22,668 bases of DNA, from positions 1 to 22,668 of IMG/VR virus record IMGVR_UViG_2778260991_000002, one strand, 5' to 3'. Position numbers and translations under genes: made by a program. Source of the DNA: a virus (taxonomy: Duplodnaviria; Heunggongvirae; Uroviricota; Caudoviricetes). Positions within the stretch are counted from its first letter, which is position 1, and each line of letters starts with the position of its first letter. Below, piece after piece: positions 1-6,679 of this stretch. Below the pieces are notes generated by a model. The model saw only the letters and a list, made by a program, of their open reading frames with translations, had not been told where the DNA came from and made no database searches.

Positions 1-105
1 GACGAGCTGCATGCGGATACCGTGGCATTTGAAGAGAAGTATGGCTCCCAGCTGGAGCTGATATTTCGTTTTATCGACCGTGCGTTGGCAATTGGTGTGC
101 TAGCC
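1..105 (+). CDS. 3' end of an upstream gene of unknown function (partial, start lies outside window)
   Basis: Open frame from base 1 reading ...DELHADTVAFEEKYGSQLELIFRFIDRALAIGVLA, stop TGA at 103-105. Sits directly upstream of Q as expected for a nin-region gene. Product not recognised. Confidence 0.4.
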
Positions 106-122
106 TGATTTGGTGGAGAAAG

Positions 123-491
123 TTGATGCGTGATATTCAGATGGTTCTGGAGCGTTGGGGGGCATGGGCGGCGAGTGATAGTTCAGGCGTTGATTATTCA
201 CCTATAGCTGCTGGGTTTAAGGGACTTCTTCCCTATACAAGCAAGAAACGCTTGGCTTGTTCGGATAGTGATGCCTTAATTATTGAAGGTTGTCTTGCTC
301 GTCTAAAGCAAAAAAGGCCGGACGAACATTCGCTTCTTGTTGCCCATTACCTATACGGTATCTCTAAAAGAAAGCTCGCCAAGGCTCGTAAAAAAGATGA
401 GAAATTGATACGTATAGAAATACAGCTAGCCGAAGGATTTATTGATGGCTGCCTTTCCATGCTAGATCTAACATTAGATTTGGACGTTTAA
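123..491 (+). CDS. Q: Late-gene antitermination protein Q, short QuuD/phage-82-like type (122 aa), not the lambda Q type
   Basis: 122-aa ORF starting MMRDIQMVLERWGAWAA..., recalled as the N-terminus of the short Q antiterminators of E. coli lambdoid prophages. SD-like GGTGGAGAAAG upstream of the ATG at 123 (second ATG at 126). Position immediately upstream of the lysis region fits Q. Confidence 0.8.
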   Translation: MMRDIQMVLERWGAWAASDSSGVDYSPIAAGFKGLLPYTSKKRLACSDSDALIIEGCLARLKQKRPDEHSLLVAHYLYGISKRKLAKARKKDEKLIRIEIQLAEGFIDGCLSMLDLTLDLDV

Positions 492-520
492 TAATACGCC
501 CCTGCATGGGGCGTATTATT
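490..520. terminator. Strong hairpin between convergent Q and KAP NTPase genes; candidate bidirectional intrinsic terminator
   Basis: Perfect inverted repeat AATACGCCCC (493-502) / GGGGCGTATT (508-517) with loop TGCAT, extendable to about 13 bp (490-520). Overlaps the Q stop (489-491) and the minus-strand KAP stop (520-522). Flanked by moderately U-rich sequence on both strands. Confidence 0.55.
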
Positions 521-1851
521 TACTGGATGAATGACATTTGATTAATATATTTTATCAATAACTCTCTGGGGGTAGTACTCCAAAAATTTATGTGTTCATA
601 ATCAGTATAAACATTTGTGAATTTTTTAAGTTCTTCATCACTTTTAGGGGCAAATCGCTCATTAAGAGTAATACTGTCTTTAATTATTCCGAAGAATACA
701 ATGGATATTTCAGGGATTTGCGATCTTCTCTCATAAGAATAAGGTATTTCTTTTATGTTAAGCAGGTCTGCTAAATAAGATATAGATTCAGCGGTAATTT
801 CTTGTTTTAGTTTTTCCTTGTTACCAAAGCAATGTATGAAGGCAGCTACGACAAAGATCATATTTATTAAAGGATTACTGCTTTTGTTCTCATCGTCGTT
901 TAACAGTTGAAAAATGTTAAGATTGCGTGAAAATGTTTGTGTTTCACGTAATGATAAGTTGGTTCGTTGAATTAAATCACGGATAAAGTAACCTGATAAT
1001 CTATTGATTTTATTCAATAACCTTGTTTTTTCTACAAGATAATCCCAATATATAACAGAGGCTTTACATACGTTGTGACCATTTATCAAACATGTATCTG
1101 GAAGCGTGATGGTATATTTTATAAACTTGTCAAGATATTTTTGTGAGTTAATGCTATAACCATAAATATGATTTATAGATGCTTTTAATTGTTCTGTGTT
1201 TGTAACTAAAATAAAAAAGACATTATTGATGTCAAAAATGTGTTTTATTGTTTCAATAACATTTGTTGAAAAACTCGGCTTACATCGGTCTAATTCATCA
1301 ATTATAATTACGATTTTTTGATTTTTTGATATACTTTCGATGCAGGATTTAAGTGAATTTATGTTTTTCTCTGAGTCCATATGGTCTTCAAGCAAATTTT
1401 CAATAGTCCCATCTATTGCTGCATTGCTTGCTTTCTTCATCGCATCTTGGAATTCTTCGGCAACTTCACTAGCCTCCTGTCGTAAAAACCAACCTGCACC
1501 AGCTTTTAGTACCGTTTTTAAACCAAAGCGAATTGCAGGAAGAGATCTCTTAATGAAGTGTTGTTTTTCTTCCTCAGGCAAAATGCTGGCAATTGCAGAG
1601 GTTATGAGAAGTAATGGAGATTCTGCATGATCCCCTTTAAAGGCATCAATATAAACAACTTTAGATTCAGTTTCTTGCTCAATAATGAGATTTTTCAGTT
1701 TGATACTAAATTCTGTTTTCCCTGTTCCCCATGCGCCGTCTATTACCAGTGGTGAAATGTCTGCCTCTGGTTTTAGCAACTTGATGATATTTTCAGCGAT
1801 GTTTCTTCGTTGGAACTCGTCACGTTCAGTGAAAGATAGTGTATCTAACAT
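520..1851 (-). CDS. KAP-family P-loop NTPase (PifA-like), 443 aa; accessory gene, candidate phage-exclusion/defence protein
   Basis: Walker A with the KAP-typical tryptophan, GAWGTGKT, near the N-terminus, and Walker B IVIIIDELDRC (the DELDRC KAP hallmark). Local GC is much lower than the flanks (about 25% in a sampled 60-nt stretch at 1141-1200, against roughly 55-60% in the structural genes). Opposite strand to all phage late genes. Confidence 0.75.
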   Translation of the reverse strand: MLDTLSFTERDEFQRRNIAENIIKLLKPEADISPLVIDGAWGTGKTEFSIKLKNLIIEQETESKVVYIDAFKGDHAESPLLLITSAIASILPEEEKQHFIKRSLPAIRFGLKTVLKAGAGWFLRQEASEVAEEFQDAMKKASNAAIDGTIENLLEDHMDSEKNINSLKSCIESISKNQKIVIIIDELDRCKPSFSTNVIETIKHIFDINNVFFILVTNTEQLKASINHIYGYSINSQKYLDKFIKYTITLPDTCLINGHNVCKASVIYWDYLVEKTRLLNKINRLSGYFIRDLIQRTNLSLRETQTFSRNLNIFQLLNDDENKSSNPLINMIFVVAAFIHCFGNKEKLKQEITAESISYLADLLNIKEIPYSYERRSQIPEISIVFFGIIKDSITLNERFAPKSDEELKKFTNVYTDYEHINFWSTTPRELLIKYINQMSFIQ

Positions 1852-1974
1852 AATATAAACCTATTAACTCCTACAGTAAAAAACGAATAATACGACTTTG
1901 GGATTAAAAATCATTAACCCGGTCCGCAAAAATTCTTGTAATCTGTTAAGAGTGGTTACTTCGCCACACAGCTT

Positions 1975-1999
1975 AAACCCGCCGTCGAGCGGGTTTTTT
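1975..1999 (+). terminator. Rho-independent terminator-like hairpin followed by a T6 run
   Basis: AAACCCGC (1975-1982) pairs with GCGGGTTT (1989-1996) around loop CGTCGA, then T-run to 1999. Lies in the non-coding gap between the KAP gene start and the wHTH/methyltransferase genes, oriented for plus-strand transcription. Confidence 0.55.
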
Positions 2000-2121
2000 G
2001 TACCTGTAAACCAAGAGCAGTACGGTAAACACGCTGGTGGTCGTGAATACTGACTTTTTATCTTGCTGGCTTTTTAGACAAGAGTTATTGGTATGTCATG
2101 TTAACCAGAAGGGAAAAAGAC

Positions 2122-2316
2122 ATGCTAAAACAGCAAGATATGACAGAAACGGCGAAAGTTGTTTTTAATGAATTAAGCATCGAACCGGCAACAGTCGGGG
2201 AGATTGCACAAAACACATACCTTTCACGCGAACGCTGTCAGTTAATACTGACCCAGCTGGTTATGGCGGGGCTGGCAGATTACCAGTTCGGCTGTTACAG
2301 ACGCCTTCAGCAATGA
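2122..2316 (+). CDS. Small winged-helix DNA-binding protein (possibly FaeA/PapI-like), about 64 aa
   Basis: ORF 2098-2316; the ATG at 2122 is preferred because of SD GAAGGGA (2108-2114) 7 nt upstream, with 2098 and 2140 as alternatives. Segment TVGEIAQNTYLSRERCQLILTQLVMAGLADY has the helix-turn-helix/wing pattern of small wHTH regulators. Family assignment is from pattern only. Confidence 0.45.
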   Translation: MLKQQDMTETAKVVFNELSIEPATVGEIAQNTYLSRERCQLILTQLVMAGLADYQFGCYRRLQQ

Positions 2317-2465
2317 AGGGCTTTTAATTTGTGAAAATGGGCGGCTGGTGGGTGTTGGTAGCACTTGCCAGCCATTCGCTCATGCTTACTGGTCACAAGC
2401 GAACCATGGCCCACTGCTTTAGCGCAAAAGCAGAGTGAGCCTACCAGAGTTACGCTTACTGATCC

Positions 2466-3518
2466 ATGAAAAATACTGTAAAAATAAACAGTGTTGATTT
2501 AATCAACGCTGATTGCCTGCATTTTATTCAGTCCCTGCCTGATGACTCCATTGATCTGATTGTTACCGATCCACCGTACTTCAAAGTGAAGCCCAACGGC
2601 TGGGACAATCAGTGGAAAGGGGACGAAGATTACCTTAAGTGGCTGGACCACTGTCTGGCCCAGTTCTGGCGGGTGTTGAAACCTGCCGGAAGCCTTTACC
2701 TGTTCTGTGGACATCGCCTGGCATCTGATATCGAGATCATGATGCGTGAACGTTTCAATGTGCTTAACCATATCATCTGGGCGAAGCCGTCCGGACGTTG
2801 GAATGGGTGTAATAAAGAAAGTTTGCGCGCATATTTTCCTGCCACAGAGCGCGTTCTGTTTGCTGAACATTACCAGGGGCCATATCGCGGCAAAAGTGAC
2901 GGCTATGCGGCAAAAGAAAGGGAACTCAAACAGCACATAATGGCACCGCTGATATCGTATTTCAGGGATGCTCGTGCCGAACTGGGTATAACGGCAAAAC
3001 AGATTGCCGAAGCCACAGGTAAGAAAAATATGGTTTCCCACTGGTTTGGTGCCAGTCAGTGGCAGTTGCCGAATGAGGCTGACTACCGGAAGTTGCAGGC
3101 ACTTTTTTCCCGTATAGCGGCAGAGAAGTTTCAGAAACAACAACTGGAACAACCACACCACCAGCTGGTGGCATCTTATGATTCACTGAATCGCAAATAT
3201 TCTGAATTGCTGGATGAGTTTAAATCTCTCCGGCGCTATTTCTCCGTATCAGTCTCCGTGCCTTATACCGATGTCTGGATGCATAAACCCGTTCAGTTCT
3301 ACCCGGGTAAACATCCGTGTGAGAAACCGGCGGATATGCTCAGGCAAATAATCAACGCCAGTAGTCGACCAGGTGATCTGGTTGCTGATTTCTTTATGGG
3401 ATCCGGTTCCACAATAAAAGCAGCAATGGCGCTGGGGCGTCGGGCGTTAGGTGTTGAGCTTGAGTCAGAGCGGTTTAACCAGACGGTGAAAGAGGTAAGT
3501 GAACTGGTGGGGAAATAA
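2466..3518 (+). CDS. DNA methyltransferase, beta-class amino-methyltransferase (N6-adenine or N4-cytosine; DPPY suggests N6-adenine), 350 aa, no cognate endonuclease seen
   Basis: Motif IV IVTDPPYF near the N-terminus and AdoMet-binding motif I FFMGSGST near the C-terminus, which is the beta-class order. The central region between them is the presumptive target-recognition domain. No restriction endonuclease gene adjacent. Confidence 0.85.
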   Translation: MKNTVKINSVDLINADCLHFIQSLPDDSIDLIVTDPPYFKVKPNGWDNQWKGDEDYLKWLDHCLAQFWRVLKPAGSLYLFCGHRLASDIEIMMRERFNVLNHIIWAKPSGRWNGCNKESLRAYFPATERVLFAEHYQGPYRGKSDGYAAKERELKQHIMAPLISYFRDARAELGITAKQIAEATGKKNMVSHWFGASQWQLPNEADYRKLQALFSRIAAEKFQKQQLEQPHHQLVASYDSLNRKYSELLDEFKSLRRYFSVSVSVPYTDVWMHKPVQFYPGKHPCEKPADMLRQIINASSRPGDLVADFFMGSGSTIKAAMALGRRALGVELESERFNQTVKEVSELVGK

Positions 3519-3568
3519 TTCTGGTGTCAGAGCTTTTATTCGCTAATTTTTTCACTGGGAGGCTATTT

Positions 3569-3826
3569 ATGCATTCACACCATCATCAAATATCTATGAT
3601 CCCACTTACCATGAGTTCACCCATTAAAGGTTTTTCACTGTATGTAGAAAGCGAAGACATGGCTGTCGCTATAGCTGAGCTTGAAAATGCCTTATCACAG
3701 CTCAAGAATGGAAATAAGGCATTCAAAGAAAGTGGCACGCTGGTTGGTAACGTCAGAGCAAGTTATTGCTATCCTTACCGTCCTCATTGTGCCGCGAAAG
3801 GTCTTTATTGGGATGAAGGGGATTAA
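3569..3826 (+). CDS. Hypothetical protein, 85 aa
   Basis: ORF 3524-3826; start at ATG 3569 preferred because of strong SD GGGAGG (3557-3562) 6 nt upstream. Stop TAA 3824-3826 overlaps the stop of the convergent gene. No recognisable motif. Confidence 0.5.
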   Translation: MHSHHHQISMIPLTMSSPIKGFSLYVESEDMAVAIAELENALSQLKNGNKAFKESGTLVGNVRASYCYPYRPHCAAKGLYWDEGD

Positions 3827-4347
3827 GCAAGGACTTGTTCACCGATAGTTACTGGTAACGGACAAATGTATTCCCAGACTGGATCAGGGTTAAAAGTTTT
3901 TCCTGACCAGTAAAGTTCCATTCTGTAGGTGAATTCCAATACCGATGTATCATTTCTTAATAATGACATATCTCCGCGATGATAACTATCTGTTTGTATT
4001 ATGAAAATTTTATCTGATGGTTTTCCGTCTGTAAGTCGAAAATGTTTAGCCTCCTCCAGGTTACCCCAGGCGAAGAGTGACGTATAGCGAGAAGGTTTTT
4101 GCGGGCAAACTCCTCTTCGGTAAAACTCAAGTCCCCAGTCGATGAGTTCGTTTTTATTATAAATTTTTGCCGCATTATTAATGAGGTATCCTTCGCCTTG
4201 TGGAGCAAGCCCGCGCGGAAAAAGTTTGTCTACCAGAGATGACATTTCAACAGGAGTTATATCGGAGAATTGCTTTGGTGTAACGATATCGCCTGTTGAG
4301 TATATTCCTCGGCGATCAACCATAAATAGTTTCATTAATTTCTCCAT
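3823..4347 (-). CDS. Hypothetical protein, 174 aa, cytoplasmic (no signal peptide), moderately AT-rich accessory gene
   Basis: Uninterrupted 174-codon ORF on the minus strand; sampled GC about 37%. Convergent with the 3569-3826 gene and sharing the 4-nt TTAA stop overlap (3823-3826). No family recognised by eye. Confidence 0.6.
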   Translation of the reverse strand: MEKLMKLFMVDRRGIYSTGDIVTPKQFSDITPVEMSSLVDKLFPRGLAPQGEGYLINNAAKIYNKNELIDWGLEFYRRGVCPQKPSRYTSLFAWGNLEEAKHFRLTDGKPSDKIFIIQTDSYHRGDMSLLRNDTSVLEFTYRMELYWSGKTFNPDPVWEYICPLPVTIGEQVLA

Positions 4348-4575
4348 TGATAGTTGTTACTTTTGGCGATGTAACGATATCAAACGAGAATTTATATCGC
4401 CAGATGCTTAATCTGACACTTCATCTGACCCTAGTATGTGCCGTTTTTTTTATTTAAGGCCGCTGACAGGTCCATTTAGTGCGACGCCTTTCCCCGTTTC
4501 CGCTCCTGGAATATTCGGGGATTTTTTATTCCCTCAATTTGCACCCGCGATATGTGCGAGGTGAGAGATGACGAA

Positions 4576-4911
4576 ATGCCTCATAACCCAAATACCTGGC
4601 CGGACTGGCTGGAGTTGTTCCAGAGCTGGTGGCGTGGAGACACACCACTGGGCGCAGTGATTATGTCGATCGTTATGGCTGGTTTACGTATTGCCTATTT
4701 TGGCGGCGGTGGCGGCTGGAAACGAAAAACACTCGAAATTTTGCTCTGTGGTGCTCTGACGCTGACATTTGCATCCGCTCTTGAGTATGTCGGATGGCCT
4801 AAATCGCTTTCTGTTGCCATTGGTGGTGGCGTGGGGCTGATCGGTGTCGATGCTATTCGTGGGGCTGCAATGCGAGTAATCGGTAACAAATTTGGTAGCT
4901 CGAAGGAGTAA
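4576..4911 (+). CDS. Class I holin (three predicted TM segments), not lambda S-like in sequence
   Basis: ORF 4552-4911. ATG at 4576 preferred (SD GAGGTGAGAG at 4558-4567); upstream in-frame ATG at 4552 could give a longer antiholin-like form. Three hydrophobic stretches (LGAVIMSIVMAGLRIAYF, TLEILLCGALTLTFASALEYVGW, LSVAIGGGVGLIGVDAI) and a charged C-terminus. Immediately precedes endolysin R. Confidence 0.7.
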   Translation: MPHNPNTWPDWLELFQSWWRGDTPLGAVIMSIVMAGLRIAYFGGGGGWKRKTLEILLCGALTLTFASALEYVGWPKSLSVAIGGGVGLIGVDAIRGAAMRVIGNKFGSSKE

Positions 4912-4914
4912 TTT

Positions 4915-5391
4915 ATGCAGGCACTAAATTCCCAGCGTAAAGCTTTCCTTGATATGGTGGCATGGTCAGAAGGAACGGATAACGGGAGACAACCGACACG
5001 TAACCACGGTTATGACGTTATTGTCGGTGGCGAACTCTTCACTGATTACTCCGATCACCCTCGAAAACTTGTCACGCTAAATTCGAAAATCAAATCAACA
5101 GCAGCCGGACGTTACCAACTCCTTTCCCGTTGGTGGGATGCCTACCGCAAGCAGCTTGGTCTGAAAGACTTCTCTCCGAAAAGCCAGGACGCTGTTGCAC
5201 TGCAGCAGATTAAAGAGCGTGGCGCTTTACCGATGATTGATCGCGGTGATATTAGTCAGGCTATCGATCGTTGCAGCAATATCTGGGCTTCACTGCCGGG
5301 CGCTGGTTATGGTCAGTTCGAGCATAAAGTTGACAGCCTGATTGCAAAATTCAAAGAAGCAGGCGGAACGGTCAGAGAGATTGAGGTATGA
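4915..5391 (+). CDS. R: Endolysin R (lambda-type lytic transglycosylase), 158 aa
   Basis: Near-identical to recalled lambda R (…[52 protein letters not shown]…). Start 4 nt after the holin stop; its stop overlaps the Rz start. Confidence 0.95.
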   Translation: MQALNSQRKAFLDMVAWSEGTDNGRQPTRNHGYDVIVGGELFTDYSDHPRKLVTLNSKIKSTAAGRYQLLSRWWDAYRKQLGLKDFSPKSQDAVALQQIKERGALPMIDRGDISQAIDRCSNIWASLPGAGYGQFEHKVDSLIAKFKEAGGTVREIEV

Positions 5392-5831
5392 GCAGAATAA
5401 CCGCGATTATCTCCGCTCTGGTTATTTGTATCATCGCCTGCCTGTCATTGGCTGTTAATCATTACCGTGATAACGCCATCACCTACAAAGAACAGCGCGA
5501 CAAAGCCGCATCCATTATCGCTGACATGCAGAAGCGTCAACGTGATGTAGCTGAACTCGATGCCAGATACACAAAGGAGCTTGCTGATGCTAACGCGACT
5601 ATCGAAAGTCTTCGTGCTGATGTTTCTGCTGGTCGTAAGTGGCTGTACGTCAAAGCAGTCTGTCCGGACATGCATAAAACCACCGCCGCCTCCGGCGTGG
5701 ATGATGGCGCCAGCCCCAGACTTACTGACACCGCTCAACGGGATTATTTCGTTCTCAGAGAGCGCATCGAAACCATAACTAACCAATTGAATGGCCTGCA
5801 AGAGTATGTGAGATCACAGTGTTCATATTAG
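5388..5831 (+). CDS. Rz: Spanin inner-membrane subunit Rz (i-spanin)
   Basis: N-terminal TM segment [20 protein letters not shown], then a coiled-coil region; matches lambda Rz. ATGA overlap with the R stop. Confidence 0.9.
   Translation: MSRITAIISALVICIIACLSLAVNHYRDNAITYKEQRDKAASIIADMQKRQRDVAELDARYTKELADANATIESLRADVSAGRKWLYVKAVCPDMHKTTAASGVDDGASPRLTDTAQRDYFVLRERIETITNQLNGLQEYVRSQCSY
5587..5778 (+). CDS. Rz1: Spanin outer-membrane lipoprotein subunit Rz1 (o-spanin), embedded in the +1 frame of Rz
   Basis: ORF 5560-5778 lies wholly inside Rz in another frame. ATG at 5587 preferred (SD AAGGAG 7 nt upstream). Lipobox-like LVVSGC followed by TSKQSV and a proline-rich stretch PPPPPAW, as in lambda Rz1. 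Confidence 0.8.
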   Translation: MLTRLSKVFVLMFLLVVSGCTSKQSVRTCIKPPPPPAWMMAPAPDLLTPLNGIISFSESASKP

Positions 5832-5869
5832 AAAAGTCTTATCATAAGATTTTTGTATATGGATGCATT

Positions 5870-6244
5870 ATGTCTCAATACGCGCGCGCCGCTTTAATTG
5901 CTTATTATTTGGTTGCTGATAATTCAATATCCCCTCGTGATGCATGGGATGCTGCTGTCGCTGAGGTTACAGAAAGCGAATCGGCAAGAAAGAAGGGATG
6001 CCCAAGGGCAACGTTTCTCGCTCTGGCGGATAGCGGTTATCTGAAGAAAGTAAAACCACATCATGGGGAGAAAAAGATCGGTAAGTTGTACCAAAGGGCA
6101 ATTGAAGTTGCGAATCTGATTCTTGATTTACCCGGAATTAGCAAAGCTGAGCTAGTTGATAAAGCTTGCTATAAAGACAGGCAAGGGTCTTATGACATTG
6201 CTCTAACTCTCGCTCAGTGCGGATTACTCCAGCGTCCTCAATAA
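5870..6244 (+). CDS. Hypothetical protein (about 124 aa) downstream of the lysis cassette, at the position lambda uses for bor/accessory genes
   Basis: ORF 5819-6244 opens with a GTG inside the Rz 3' end; the in-frame ATG at 5870 is the more likely start (weak SD GGA). Followed by a terminator-like hairpin. No motif recognised. Confidence 0.45.
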   Translation: MSQYARAALIAYYLVADNSISPRDAWDAAVAEVTESESARKKGCPRATFLALADSGYLKKVKPHHGEKKIGKLYQRAIEVANLILDLPGISKAELVDKACYKDRQGSYDIALTLAQCGLLQRPQ

Positions 6245-6262
6245 GATATTAAGTGATTTATG

Positions 6263-6286
6263 GCCTCGCTTTTAGCGGGGCTTTTT
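6263..6286 (+). terminator. Rho-independent terminator-like hairpin
   Basis: GCCTCGC (6263-6269) / GCGGGGC (6275-6281) with one G-U pair, loop TTTTA, then T5 (6282-6286). Directly after the 5870-6244 ORF. Confidence 0.5.
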
Positions 6287-6342
6287 CATATCTGAATCTC
6301 ACCATGCATATCATCACCTGACTGGAACGTCAGGAGAATTCG

Positions 6343-6525
6343 TTACGGGGATTCGATAAAGGTATTCAAGCCTGACACATTATGCGCTGTATCGTCGCCG
6401 TATTCCCGCATTAACCATGACCGTAGCCCGACGGGGAATTCCTTCTGCGCGAGTGTGCGGGAATAATCAAAAACGATGCACACCGGGTTTTTACCGCGTT
6501 TATGATTCGCGGGTTTGTCACTCAT
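6343..6525 (-). CDS. Small hypothetical protein (about 60 aa; ORF extends to 6594), possibly a small prophage protein of the kind found just upstream of cos in other lambdoid prophages
   Basis: Minus-strand ORF 6343-6594; the internal Met at 6525 gives MSDKPANHKRGKNPVCIV.... The equivalent lambda region is non-coding as far as I recall, so this may not be a real gene. Confidence 0.25.
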   Translation of the reverse strand: MSDKPANHKRGKNPVCIVFDYSRTLAQKEFPVGLRSWLMREYGDDTAHNVSGLNTFIESP

Positions 6526-6679
6526 GCTCGCCAGTCCTGTGCGGGGGTGGAAGAAACAGGACGTGTATTCAGGTCTGTGCGACCGTGGTCGCACGACTTT
6601 GGTCGTTCAGATATTAAATCCCATTGCGAAGTAAACCCGAATTGCTGGCGGGTCCTTTCCGGCAATCCAGAACGTTACG

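Noticed and set aside
2499-3161. 220-aa minus-strand ORF antisense to the DNA methyltransferase gene
   Set aside because: Wholly contained in a well-supported coding gene on the opposite strand, with no SD or recognisable motif. Treated as a shadow ORF.
3524-3568. Earlier start for the small ORF 3524-3826
   Set aside because: It has no SD, while the in-frame ATG at 3569 is preceded by GGGAGG at optimal spacing.
4438-4535. T-tracts (4444-4452, 4522-4527) and weak inverted repeats upstream of the holin as a defined tR' terminator or 6S-like RNA
   Set aside because: The stems are short or have large loops and I could not pair them with a convincing promoter. Kept only as an alternative pR' location in the findings, not called as a feature.
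1852-4551. tRNA genes or Shiga-toxin (stxAB) genes in the Q-holin interval, as found in Stx phages
   Set aside because: I looked for cloverleaf-compatible segments with a conserved T-arm (GTTCGAATC-like) in the non-coding gaps and found none. No ORF has an A/B toxin architecture or a signal peptide.
6338-6357. Second cos-like sequence (GTTACGGGG) about 330 nt upstream of cosN
   Set aside because: Only a 9-nt match, lacking the rest of the cosN 12-mer and the conserved downstream flank. Most likely chance.
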